Part shown: positions 1-8,756 of the stretch, piece after piece
How positions within the stretch are numbered: position 1 is the first letter of the stretch
Layout: each line of letters starts with the position of its first letter
Source of the DNA: an uncultured virus (IMG/VR IMGVR_UViG_3300030118_002929)
Lineage: Duplodnaviria > Heunggongvirae > Uroviricota > Caudoviricetes
Length of the DNA: 20,000 nucleotides
IMG/VR virus record: IMGVR_UViG_3300030118_002929
Reading direction: 5' to 3' (one strand)
The notes under the pieces: model-generated
What the model was told of the DNA's origin: nothing
Databases searched by the model: none
What the model saw: only the letters and a program-made list of their open reading frames with translations
Position numbers and translations under genes: made by a program

Positions 1-66
1 ATGTTAGGATGCTATTTATTCCTAGTTTTTCTGATTTATTTTGCCGCCTTTGTTGCAAATATTTTA

Positions 67-93
67 TAAATCGTTGATTTTACTAGGTTTTTT
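67..93 (-). promoter_or_regulatory. IHF consensus binding site
   Basis: Minus strand reads AAAAAA-CCTAGTAA-AATCAACGATTTA, i.e. A-tract + 8 bp + WATCAANNNNTTR. It ends about 15 bp upstream of a TTGACA -35. Confidence 0.55.
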
Positions 94-107
94 AATGCAT
101 TTTTTTC

Positions 108-137
108 TTGACATATAAAACTGTTTCGTGCTAATAT
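108..137 (+). promoter_or_regulatory. sigma70-type early promoter (extended -10)
   Basis: TTGACA (108-113), 18-bp spacer ending TGn, TAATAT (132-137), with a T-rich upstream tract. Confidence 0.7.
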
Positions 138-146
138 GATTATATA

Positions 147-2456
147 ATGATGATAAAGAGTGAAAATATGAATATACAAAATACCAAATCAAGTCTAGCA
201 AAATTACTTGCTACAGAAAATATTACTGTAGAATTTGCTAATGTGCAAACTGCACAATTCGATGTAAAAAACAGAATTTTAGTCTGCCCTCAATATAAAG
301 ATATGACTAATGAGATGTACGATTTATTCGTAGGGCATGAAGTTTCTCATGCTTTATATACTCCTTCAGATGGTCATGAGCAATATCCAGTTAAAGACAA
401 AAACTTTCACTCTTTTGTCAATGTAGTTGAAGATGCTAGAATTGAGAGATTTATTCAAGATAAGTATCCTGGTCTTAAAAAAGATTTCTACAAAGGTTAC
501 TCTCAGTTAAAAGAAAAAGATTTCTTCAGCATTAAAGATAAAGATGTTAATTCTTTATTGCTTATTGATAGATTAAATCTTAAAGCAAAATTAGGTACTC
601 AAATTGATATTGAGTTCAATGAAACTGAACAAAAGTTTTTTGATGCTATGATGACTAGCAAAACTTTTGATGAAGTTCTAAAAATTTCTAAAGACCTTTT
701 TGACTATTGTGGTAAAGAGTTAGAAGAAAAAGAAAAAGAAGGTAAAGATGTTTCCGCTTATACTATTAAGCAAGATGAGAATGGTGTCGAAGTAGAGCAA
801 TCAGAAACTTCTACACAAGAAGAAAATCAAGAAGAAGAAAAAAATAATATGGGTGCTGGCGATAGTACCGATAACGATACTACTGAAACTGACCAAGAAG
901 AAAAAGCAGATACTACTAGCAACGAAAATTCAGATGATGAAAAATCAGATGATGATAGTTCTAAAACTGCTACCGAAGATAATAAGAACAAAGGCAAACA
1001 ATCAGATACCGATGAGGCAACTAAACCAGGTGCTAAGTCGATTACTGATACTGCAAGTCAACAATCTCTAAAAGAACAATTAGAAGATGATGAAAGCAAG
1101 ATTTTTGACTATTGCGATTTCCCTAAAACTTTAGATTATAAAAAGTTCATTGTTGACAATGCTACAGTTATTAAAGAGTTAACTCAATATTGGGCACAAA
1201 CTAACAATGATTATAAAAGCATTCTTCAGAGAAATGCTAAGAAATTTAAAGATGACAACCAAAAAGTTGTTAATTACTTGCACAAAGAATTTGAAATGAA
1301 AAAAGCGGCAGATAGTTATGCCAGAGCAAGTGAGAGTAAAACTGGTGTTATCAATACTAACAAGTTATTTTCTTACAAGTACAATGAAGACTTGTTTCAA
1401 AAAGTAATGACTACTCCTGATGCTAAAAATCACGGTATGATTTTCTATCTTGATTGGTCAGGCAGTATGCATGATAATATGAAAGGTACTATTATGCAGT
1501 TGTTGAACCTAGTTCTATTCTGTAAAAAAGTAAATATACCTTTTAGTGTTTATGCATTTAGTTCTCATTATAGAAAATATTCTAGTGAGTTTGCAAATAT
1601 TAATAATACTAATGCACAATCTAAAAACTTGAATGAGATGATTATTCACCCTTACAAGTTTTCACTTCTAGAGTTGATTACTAGTGATTGTAAAACTGCT
1701 CAATTCAACCAAGCATTTGAGTGTTTAGTTGCTTTAATGAATATCTACTCACACGATAAAAGATATGAAGGCGACTTTTGTTATTTCGATTTGCCTAGCA
1801 GTTATTACCTAGGGCAGACACCTTTGAATGATGCAATCGTATGTTCTAAGTATATGATACAAGATTTTCAATCTAAGCATAAAGTTCAAATTATGAATGC
1901 AGTATTCTTAACTGATGGTTCTAGTCATTGTCTAGAAGGTAAGTTCGCTATTGAGAACGGCACGATGACCGCTAAAGATGTTGGGTATACTAATGCAGTT
2001 ATCAGAGATAAAAAGTCTAGAGTTGAGATATCTGATTTATCTAAAGGCAAATATTATAGAAGAGCAGATTTTACCAAGAAGTTGTACCTAGCAGTAAAAC
2101 AAGTTACTGGTGCTAATATGATTGGTTTCTTTGTTGCCTCTAGAAGAGATTTAGAATATGCATATTGGGATGCTCAGAGTTGCCCTAATATGAAAAAAGC
2201 AAAAATCAGATATTCAGATGATTTCAAAAAGTATGTTAAGAAAAACAAATTTTTTGCTTCTACTGTTAGCGGTCTTGATACCTTGTTTGTAGTGCAAGGG
2301 GGTAAAGATTTGCATGTTGATAATAGTTCAGTTCTAGATGAATTACAATCAGATGCTAAAAAAAGTCAGATCCAAAGTGCCTTCAAAAAAGCAAGTAAAG
2401 GCAAATTGCAATCTAGAATTATGCTAAACAAGTTTATTGAGAATATTGCCGCCTAA
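147..2456 (+). CDS. CobT-like protein: N-terminal zincin-like peptidase domain, acidic linker and C-terminal VWA domain (start may be the ATG at 168)
   Basis: GHEVSH (HExxH) and NVVEDARIE; long D/E/T/S linker; MIDAS motif LDWSGSM, TPL, LTDG; adjacent to a MoxR-type AAA+ gene. Confidence 0.85.
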   Translation: MMIKSENMNIQNTKSSLAKLLATENITVEFANVQTAQFDVKNRILVCPQYKDMTNEMYDLFVGHEVSHALYTPSDGHEQYPVKDKNFHSFVNVVEDARIERFIQDKYPGLKKDFYKGYSQLKEKDFFSIKDKDVNSLLLIDRLNLKAKLGTQIDIEFNETEQKFFDAMMTSKTFDEVLKISKDLFDYCGKELEEKEKEGKDVSAYTIKQDENGVEVEQSETSTQEENQEEEKNNMGAGDSTDNDTTETDQEEKADTTSNENSDDEKSDDDSSKTATEDNKNKGKQSDTDEATKPGAKSITDTASQQSLKEQLEDDESKIFDYCDFPKTLDYKKFIVDNATVIKELTQYWAQTNNDYKSILQRNAKKFKDDNQKVVNYLHKEFEMKKAADSYARASESKTGVINTNKLFSYKYNEDLFQKVMTTPDAKNHGMIFYLDWSGSMHDNMKGTIMQLLNLVLFCKKVNIPFSVYAFSSHYRKYSSEFANINNTNAQSKNLNEMIIHPYKFSLLELITSDCKTAQFNQAFECLVALMNIYSHDKRYEGDFCYFDLPSSYYLGQTPLNDAIVCSKYMIQDFQSKHKVQIMNAVFLTDGSSHCLEGKFAIENGTMTAKDVGYTNAVIRDKKSRVEISDLSKGKYYRRADFTKKLYLAVKQVTGANMIGFFVASRRDLEYAYWDAQSCPNMKKAKIRYSDDFKKYVKKNKFFASTVSGLDTLFVVQGGKDLHVDNSSVLDELQSDAKKSQIQSAFKKASKGKLQSRIMLNKFIENIAA

Positions 2457-2517
2457 AAAATGACGGAATATATAGGGAAAATGACGAAAAAAAAATTAAA
2501 AAAAACCGGAATAACCC

Positions 2518-2547
2518 TTGACAAACTCAATATAAAAATGTTAATAT
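2518..2547 (+). promoter_or_regulatory. sigma70-type early promoter (extended -10)
   Basis: TTGACA (2518-2523), 18-bp spacer ending TGn, TAATAT (2542-2547); A-tract UP-like element upstream; same layout as the promoter at 108. Confidence 0.7.
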
Positions 2548-2593
2548 GAATTATATGATGAAAAAAGAAAACAATGTGAAAGGTGATATCTAT

Positions 2594-3778
2594 ATGATGT
2601 TAGATGATAAACAAAAATCCTTTGTTGACTTAGCAGTATCAGAATACGGTACTCAGTTAAAAAGGTCTGAACTGATTGCAGTACATAAAAAGCATAAAGT
2701 TCCGTTCCCATATTGGTTAGTTAATAGTGACCAATTTAAATTAGGCAAAGGTCTTTATCAGATGCCTGTTGAGGGTACTCCTCTTCAAGCGACTGGTCAT
2801 GAAGTTGCCAACTCTCCTATAAATACTGTAGAAGAGGCACCTGCTATGAAGAAAAAAATATCAGTAGCAGATACTACTATCATGAATTTGATACCTAGCA
2901 AATATACTAACTATGTTCCTTTCGGGCAGTTTAGTGATGTTAAGAGTATCGTAAAATCTAAAATGTTCTATCCTGTCTTTATTACTGGTCTCTCTGGTAA
3001 TGGTAAGACTATGATGGTTGAGCAAGTATGTGCCCAACTCAATAGAGAGTTTTTTAGAGTTAACATAACTATTGAAACCGATGAAGATGATTTACTCGGA
3101 GGTTACAGATTGCAAGATGGTGAGACCGTATGGTTTGATGGTCCCGTTGTTCAAGCAATGAAGAAAGGTGCCGTACTTCTTTTAGATGAAGTTGACTTAG
3201 CATCTAATAAGATTATGTGTATTCAACCTATCCTCGAAGGTAAGGGTGTTCTTCTTAAAAAGATAAATCAGTTTGTAGAACCAGCACCTGGTTTTCAGAT
3301 TATCGCAACTGCTAATACAAAAGGTAAAGGTAGTGAAGATGGTAGATTTATCGGAACGAATGTACTTAATGAAGCATTCCTTGAGAGATTTCCTATCACA
3401 ATCGAACAAGAGTATCCTTCAGTTGCTATTGAGAAAAAAATTCTCACTAAAGAATTAGCATCTGCTGGGAAACCTGATGAAGATTTTGCCGACAAGTTAA
3501 CCAAGTGGGCAGACATTATCAGAAAAACTTTTCTAGATGGAGGCATTGATGAAATCATTGCCACTAGAAGACTTGTTCATATCGCTAAGGCATATGCCAT
3601 GTTTGGCAATAAAATGAAAGCGATTGAATTGTGCATTAACAGATTTGATGACGAAACAAAGTCATCATTTAAAGACCTTTACACAAAGGTCGATGCCGAT
3701 GCCATTCAAACTGATCCATCAGTTGATGGCGAAAGTGTAGTCAATCCTAAAGTAGAGATTGACAAAGCACCGTTTTAA
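2594..3778 (+). CDS. cobS: CobS-like MoxR-family AAA+ ATPase
   Basis: Walker A GLSGNGKT, Walker B LLLDE, sensor TAN, LERF. SD AAAGGTG precedes the ATG at 2594, whereas the ORF-track start 2546 overlaps the promoter. Confidence 0.88.
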   Translation: MMLDDKQKSFVDLAVSEYGTQLKRSELIAVHKKHKVPFPYWLVNSDQFKLGKGLYQMPVEGTPLQATGHEVANSPINTVEEAPAMKKKISVADTTIMNLIPSKYTNYVPFGQFSDVKSIVKSKMFYPVFITGLSGNGKTMMVEQVCAQLNREFFRVNITIETDEDDLLGGYRLQDGETVWFDGPVVQAMKKGAVLLLDEVDLASNKIMCIQPILEGKGVLLKKINQFVEPAPGFQIIATANTKGKGSEDGRFIGTNVLNEAFLERFPITIEQEYPSVAIEKKILTKELASAGKPDEDFADKLTKWADIIRKTFLDGGIDEIIATRRLVHIAKAYAMFGNKMKAIELCINRFDDETKSSFKDLYTKVDADAIQTDPSVDGESVVNPKVEIDKAPF

Positions 3779-3787
3779 GTTTATTAT
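3759..3787 (+). promoter_or_regulatory. sigma70-type promoter
   Basis: TTGACA (3759-3764), 17 bp, TATTAT (3782-3787). Confidence 0.65.
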
Positions 3788-3800
3788 GAACTTGAATATA

Positions 3801-3822
3801 GCGAGGAGGACAACCTCCTCGT
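3801..3822 (+). promoter_or_regulatory. GC-rich 5' leader hairpin / inverted repeat
   Basis: GCGAGGAGG-ACAA-CCTCCTCGT, no U tract, located between the promoter and the SD of the HTH gene. Confidence 0.6.
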
Positions 3823-3843
3823 TCAACATTATAAAGGAGCATT

Positions 3844-4098
3844 ATGATGCCAGCAAAAACAAAAAGTCAACTTAATAAGTTGCTTAATTTCTTTCAAAAA
3901 GGTGGAACTCTAACTGCCGCTCAGGCAGAGAAGAAGTTCGGTGTAAATCGAATGTCTGCTAGGGTTTACGATTTGAGAGACCAAGGTTACTGTATCTACG
4001 GTAATACTAAGAAGGGTAGCAATGTCGTTTCATATAGACTTGGTACTCCATCAAGAGAAATTATCAAAGCAGGTTTTAAAGCATTAAGAACTGCATAA
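3844..4098 (+). CDS. small winged helix-turn-helix protein
   Basis: LTAAQAEKKFGVNRMSARVYDLRDQGYCI is an HTH-like pattern followed by a wing (YRLG); strong SD AAAGGAG. Confidence 0.7.
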   Translation: MMPAKTKSQLNKLLNFFQKGGTLTAAQAEKKFGVNRMSARVYDLRDQGYCIYGNTKKGSNVVSYRLGTPSREIIKAGFKALRTA

Positions 4099-4125
4099 GA
4101 TAAAAGTATCACCTTTATCATCATA

Positions 4126-4154
4126 GGGAGGGTGCAATGCCCTCCCACTTTTTT
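4126..4154 (+). terminator. rho-independent terminator
   Basis: GGGAGGG-TGCAATG-CCCTCCC followed by ACTTTTTT. Confidence 0.85.
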
Positions 4155-4171
4155 AATATGAGGTTATTAAT

Positions 4172-4450
4172 TTGAAAAAATTACAAGATAAAATTGAATA
4201 TAAGTTTAGTGAAGATAAGATATTCGAAGATATAATGGAACATATTAATGGAACTTACGATGCCCATTATTCTAAAAACAAATTTCAATCTACCGAGTTC
4301 ATTGTAGATTGCGGTCATGCTGAAGGTTTCTGTATAGGTAATATTATTAAGTATGCACAAAGGTTTGGCAAAAAAGAAGGAATGAACAAAAAAGACTTGT
4401 ATAAGATAGTACATTATTGTATTATCTTACTATCAACTTTAGAAAACTAA
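4172..4450 (+). CDS. DUF3310-like protein (SaV / T7 gp1.7 nucleotide kinase-like), TTG start
   Basis: HY..., GFCIGNIIKYAQRFGKK, DLYKIVHY; SD GAGG. Confidence 0.7.
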   Translation: MKKLQDKIEYKFSEDKIFEDIMEHINGTYDAHYSKNKFQSTEFIVDCGHAEGFCIGNIIKYAQRFGKKEGMNKKDLYKIVHYCIILLSTLEN

Positions 4451-4463
4451 TGAGGACTATATT

Positions 4464-5126
4464 ATGCAAATAAGCAAAAACACTTTTGAAGTTTTGAAAA
4501 ACTTCTCAGAGATAAATGAGAACTTACTGATTAAACCTGGTAATGAACTCAAAACTATTTCTGTAATGAAAAATGTATTAGCGAAGGCGACTATAGAAGA
4601 AACTTTTGATAAAGAGTTTGCTATCTATGATTTGAACTCCTTCTTAAATGTATTATCACTATATGATAATCCTGAGATTACACTAAATGATGATTATCTT
4701 ACTATATCAAAAGGTAACTCATCTACAAAATTCTGGTATGCTGATCCTAGTTTAGTAGTAGCACCTACTAAAGATATCAATATGCCTAGTAAAGATATTG
4801 AAGTAAACATTACACAAGGTAATTATACAGACCTATTGAAAGCATCTAATATCATGCAACTACCTGATATCGCACTAGTGAGTGAAGAAGGTAAAATCAA
4901 AATGGTTGCTACAGATAAAAAGAATAAAACTAGTAATGTTTATGAAGTAGAAGTAGGAACAACGACTTCTAAATTCAGTATGTATTTCAAAAGAGATAAT
5001 TTGAGAATGATACCTGGCGATTATGACCTAGCGATATCACACAAAAATATATCTCATTGGTCTAACAAAAATAAATCTCTACAGTATTGGGTAGCATTAG
5101 AAACCGATAGTAAGTTTGAGGGTTAA
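4464..5126 (+). CDS. gp45: DNA polymerase sliding clamp
   Basis: MQISKNTFEVLKNFSEIN, FAIYDLNSFL, YWVALE; T4 gene order 45-44-62-regA-43. Confidence 0.95.
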   Translation: MQISKNTFEVLKNFSEINENLLIKPGNELKTISVMKNVLAKATIEETFDKEFAIYDLNSFLNVLSLYDNPEITLNDDYLTISKGNSSTKFWYADPSLVVAPTKDINMPSKDIEVNITQGNYTDLLKASNIMQLPDIALVSEEGKIKMVATDKKNKTSNVYEVEVGTTTSKFSMYFKRDNLRMIPGDYDLAISHKNISHWSNKNKSLQYWVALETDSKFEG

Positions 5127-5128
5127 TA

Positions 5129-6076
5129 ATGAATAAACTTAATGATGAATATTTGTGGGTTGAGAAATATCGACCTCAAACTGTAAGTGATTGTATCTTA
5201 CCTAAACATCTAGAAGATACATTTTTAAACTTTGTAGAGAACGGCGAGATACCTAATTTGTTACTATGTGGTACTGCAGGTGTTGGTAAGACAACGATTG
5301 CAAAAGCACTATGTCAGCAAATGGGTTATGACTGGATAATCTTAAATGGTTCTAGTGAAGGTGACATTGATACCTTACGAACTAAGATAGTTAACTTTGC
5401 ATCTACTGTATCCTTTTCAGGCAAAGGTAAAGTTGTTATCTATGATGAGGCAGATTACTTAACTGCAGTAACACAACCTGCACTAAGAAATTTTATTGAA
5501 GAGTTTAGTAAGAATTGTAGATTTATATTTACATGTAACTATAAGAATAAAATTATACCTGCTCTCCATTCTAGATGTTCAGTTATAGAGTTTTCTGTAC
5601 CTAAGAATGAGAAACCTAAAATAGCAACTAGGTTCTTAAACAGATTAGAAGATATTTTTAAAGAAGAAAAAATAAAGTATCAAGAACAATCTATTGCAGA
5701 GGTTGTTACTAAATTTTTTCCTGATTTTAGAAGAACATTAAACGAGTTACAAAAACTTTCTATCGGCGGCAGTATAGATGCTGAGGCAATCAAAGGTGCT
5801 GGTGATGTAAGTATTAAAGAGGTCATTGAATATTGTAAAGTTAAAGACTTCAAGAATATGAGAAAGTGGGTAGCAGATAATATCCATGTAAACGATGCGA
5901 ATACTATTTTCAGAAAGATTTACGATACAATGTATGAATATCTTAAACCACAATCTGTACCTGTTGCAGTTTTAAAGATTGCAGACTATCAGTACAAGAA
6001 TGTGCATGTAGCAGACCCAGAGGTCAATCTAACTGCCTTCTTTACTGAAATAATGGTCGATTGTGAGTTTATGTAA
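5129..6076 (+). CDS. gp44: clamp loader large (AAA+) subunit
   Basis: LWVEKYRP, GTAGVGKT, DEAD, SRC motifs. Confidence 0.96.
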   Translation: MNKLNDEYLWVEKYRPQTVSDCILPKHLEDTFLNFVENGEIPNLLLCGTAGVGKTTIAKALCQQMGYDWIILNGSSEGDIDTLRTKIVNFASTVSFSGKGKVVIYDEADYLTAVTQPALRNFIEEFSKNCRFIFTCNYKNKIIPALHSRCSVIEFSVPKNEKPKIATRFLNRLEDIFKEEKIKYQEQSIAEVVTKFFPDFRRTLNELQKLSIGGSIDAEAIKGAGDVSIKEVIEYCKVKDFKNMRKWVADNIHVNDANTIFRKIYDTMYEYLKPQSVPVAVLKIADYQYKNVHVADPEVNLTAFFTEIMVDCEFM

Positions 6077-6777
6077 TGCCTACACCTTATCTACACCACG
6101 AATTATTTGAACCTAATAAAGTTATCGAAGTTCAAGAGCATTCTAATAGTTTAGGAAAGTATCTTGTCATTGATAATTTTTATCAAAGACCTGATGATAT
6201 AGAGTACATGTTAGAGACTTCTTGGTCTCAAATGTGGAAATATAAACCAGGTTCTAGAAATACAATAGACTATCATGATTGTAGATTAACAATACCATAT
6301 AACATGACCAGACATGTAAGAGAGTTTGAAAGTCAAAAATTGATATGGGGTATGGTACAACAAAAACTTAATTATACAATTAAACAAGCAGTACAAAATT
6401 ATGATTTTAATTTGTTCAAATGGATTAATATACCTGAACATAATATACAATCATATCCTCACCAAGATGATGCAGGCAAACAAAGTATGATTGCCTCTGT
6501 AATATATCTTAACAAAGATAAAGATTGTAATGGTGGTACTGCATTTTATGAAGAAGATAATCTAAATGAATTTGTTGGTCATATGGAAGATGATAATATA
6601 CAGGTAGATATATCGCAACACTATACCCTTATAGATGTAGTGAAAGCATCATTTAACAAGTGTGTTATATACCCAGGTTGGTGGGTACATGGCGCATATA
6701 TAGATGACCATTCTTTCTATTCAGGCAATAGATGGAGAAAGAACCAAGTTTATTTTTTTGAATTAGCAGGATTTTAA
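6076..6777 (+). CDS. 2OG-Fe(II) oxygenase superfamily protein (DUF6445-like)
   Basis: VIDNFY, PHQD (HxD), SVIYLN, GGTAFY, distal H in WVHGA, R in RKNQVYF. Confidence 0.8.
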   Translation: MPTPYLHHELFEPNKVIEVQEHSNSLGKYLVIDNFYQRPDDIEYMLETSWSQMWKYKPGSRNTIDYHDCRLTIPYNMTRHVREFESQKLIWGMVQQKLNYTIKQAVQNYDFNLFKWINIPEHNIQSYPHQDDAGKQSMIASVIYLNKDKDCNGGTAFYEEDNLNEFVGHMEDDNIQVDISQHYTLIDVVKASFNKCVIYPGWWVHGAYIDDHSFYSGNRWRKNQVYFFELAGF

Positions 6778-6778
6778 T

Positions 6779-7159
6779 ATGACACCATTTGATTATGTAA
6801 AAGCGATTAATTATACAAAAAGCAATTTAATCGTAGATGATTTAACAGAAAAAGAATATAACCCATTTATCGTTAATCGTGCCTTGAGTATGGGCATGGA
6901 TACCGTTCTACAAGCGAATGAGATGAATAGAAGTCCTCATCTAGAAAAGCGGTTACAATTCGACTTTTTACTAAATAGTATTAGTAAGCGAAAGCGATTT
7001 GATAAATGGCAAAAAGCAGAGAAGAGTGAAGACTTAGAATATGTTAAACAATACTTCAATTACTCTTATCCTAAAGCAGTTCAGGCATTATCAATACTTT
7101 CACCGAAACAATTAAATGAAATAAAAACTATATTAAATAAAAAAGGTGGAACAAAATGA
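6779..7159 (+). CDS. gp62: clamp loader small subunit
   Basis: PFDYVKAIN, YNPFIVNRALS, ANEMN, QFDFLLNSI, KRKRF; gene position. Confidence 0.93.
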   Translation: MTPFDYVKAINYTKSNLIVDDLTEKEYNPFIVNRALSMGMDTVLQANEMNRSPHLEKRLQFDFLLNSISKRKRFDKWQKAEKSEDLEYVKQYFNYSYPKAVQALSILSPKQLNEIKTILNKKGGTK

Positions 7160-7587
7160 GTGAATGGAATGTAGAGAACATGGTTGAGATTAAATTAAAG
7201 CAACCAGATGATTTCCTAAAAGTTAGAGAGACATTATCTAGAATAGGTATTGCCTCTAAAAAAGATAAAAAATTATATCAATCTTGCCACATACTTCATA
7301 AGCAAGGTAGATACTTCATAGTACACTTCAAAGAGTTGTTTGGATTAGATGGTAAGAAAACCAACTTCTCAGATGAAGATATTCAAAGAAGAAATACAAT
7401 AGTTAAACTCTTAATTGATTGGGGTCTAGTTGAAATAGTCGATGTTACTAGAATAGAAAAACAAGCACCTCTATCTCAAATTAAAGTGATATCTTTCAAA
7501 GAAAAGAAAGATTGGATTTTAGAGACAAAATATAATATTGGTAAAAAGAGACAAACTGAAGATGTGGGAAATAAACCAGCAAATTGA
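7156..7587 (+). CDS. regA: translational repressor RegA
   Basis: PDDFLKVRETLSRIGIAS, LYQSCHILHKQGRYFIVHFKELF. Confidence 0.97.
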   Translation: MSEWNVENMVEIKLKQPDDFLKVRETLSRIGIASKKDKKLYQSCHILHKQGRYFIVHFKELFGLDGKKTNFSDEDIQRRNTIVKLLIDWGLVEIVDVTRIEKQAPLSQIKVISFKEKKDWILETKYNIGKKRQTEDVGNKPAN

Positions 7588-8227
7588 GTATGCTAACGAA
7601 GGTATAGAATTAGTAAGACCTTTCGGTCCTTTTATCTATAAGCATAAGATAACAAGTTATTTGCATCATCAATTAACTGAATGGAGTAAAGACCTATCAG
7701 ATAAAAAAGAGGTAGGTGGTAAAAGAAGTGGTGCAAATTATCAATCAGATTTGTTTCATGAATTTCAAGATACCGCTAATGATGAAATTACAAAATCTTA
7801 TAATTTATTAGGTCATATAGACCTCGATAGTTTAAAAGAAATTAAAGAGCATTGTTCAGGTTATGTAAATGCCTATTGTAAACATCCTGTACAGGCAAGA
7901 ACACATTTAAGAGAACGAGTTAGACTAACACACTTCTGGATTAATATACAACAAGAACGACAATGGCAACCAAAACATAATCACACAGGTGATTTATCCT
8001 TTGTCATTTATGTCAAACAACCTAAGTCTAATAAATCTGCAGTAGGTAATATTACCTTTTCATATGGTGAGACTATGAACTGGAGTGTCGATGATATGCA
8101 GATAAAACCAGAAGAAAAAGATATTTTAATATTCCCAGCATGGTTAAAGCATCAAGCATTTCCATTTGTTGAGAATAATCAAACAAGGATTACTGCCGCA
8201 GGTAATGTGGCAATAATGAATAAATAG
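7562..8227 (+). CDS. 2OG-Fe(II) oxygenase (TIGR02466 / 2OG-FeII_Oxy_5-like)
   Basis: WINIQ, HNH (HxH), LSFVIYV, IFPAWLKH, RITAAGN. The first ATG is at 7562 and overlaps the end of regA. Confidence 0.8.
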   Translation: MWEINQQIEYANEGIELVRPFGPFIYKHKITSYLHHQLTEWSKDLSDKKEVGGKRSGANYQSDLFHEFQDTANDEITKSYNLLGHIDLDSLKEIKEHCSGYVNAYCKHPVQARTHLRERVRLTHFWINIQQERQWQPKHNHTGDLSFVIYVKQPKSNKSAVGNITFSYGETMNWSVDDMQIKPEEKDILIFPAWLKHQAFPFVENNQTRITAAGNVAIMNK

Positions 8228-8259
8228 TATTGAAATTATGAGAATGATGATTATATATT
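8220..8259 (+). promoter_or_regulatory. possible hsp20 promoters: T4 late-like ATAAATA and TTGAAA-N18-TATATT
   Basis: ATAAATA at 8220-8226; TTGAAA at 8230-8235; TATATT at 8254-8259. Confidence 0.4.
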
Positions 8260-8265
8260 ATATTA

Positions 8266-8320
8266 GCAGATGCCTAATGGGTCTGCAGAAAATAACTTTG
8301 CTTAATAAGGAGGTTTAACC
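8266..8320 (+). promoter_or_regulatory. ROSE-like RNA thermometer leader of hsp20
   Basis: Hairpin 8266-8286, then AACUUUGCUU-AAU-AAGGAGGUU (8294-8315), in which UUGCU with a bulged G pairs with the AGGAGG SD. Confidence 0.7.
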
Positions 8321-8743
8321 ATGAATAGCAATCTATCTATTTTCAATCAATTAAGACCATTCACAATCGGGTTCGATGATGTATTTGACCATTTCGAAAA
8401 AATGGCAGATTACTCATTTCAATCTACTTCATACCCACCATACAATATCGTAAAGACAGGTGATTTCACCTATGATATTGAAGTGGCATTAGCAGGGTAT
8501 GGTAAAGACGATGTGTCCGTGGATTATGCTGATAGTGTATTAACTATTAAGTCAGTTCACGAAGATAAAGACGATAAAGATACCATTCACAAAGGTATAT
8601 CTAGAAGAAAGTTTACAAAATCATTTACAGTTGCCGATGATGTAGAAGTCAAAGGTGCTGAATTGAAAGACGGTCTTTTAAGAGTATCGTTGGAAAAAAT
8701 AGTTCCTGAGAGTAAAAAACCAAGAACTATTAAAATTAAGTAA
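8321..8743 (+). CDS. hsp20: small heat shock protein (Hsp20 / IbpA-like)
   Basis: IGFD, SYPPYNIVK, IEVALAG, HKGISRRKFTKSF, AELKDGLL, PESKKPRTIKI. Confidence 0.95.
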   Translation: MNSNLSIFNQLRPFTIGFDDVFDHFEKMADYSFQSTSYPPYNIVKTGDFTYDIEVALAGYGKDDVSVDYADSVLTIKSVHEDKDDKDTIHKGISRRKFTKSFTVADDVEVKGAELKDGLLRVSLEKIVPESKKPRTIKIK

Positions 8744-8756
8744 CTAAATAAATTAC

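Noticed and set aside
853..1071. 72-aa + strand alternative-frame ORF
   Set aside because: Shadow of the low-complexity acidic linker of the CobT-like gene; no SD or motifs
147..3778. Reading cobS/cobT as cobalamin auxiliary metabolic genes
   Set aside because: No cobN in the window, and the architecture fits a generic MoxR/VWA pair
6971..6977. CTAAATA late-promoter-like element inside gp62
   Set aside because: It falls in coding sequence (LLNS) and is likely by chance at this AT content
8230..8259. RpoH (sigma32) promoter for hsp20
   Set aside because: TTGAAA is present but the CC-containing -10 element is missing, so it cannot be distinguished from sigma70
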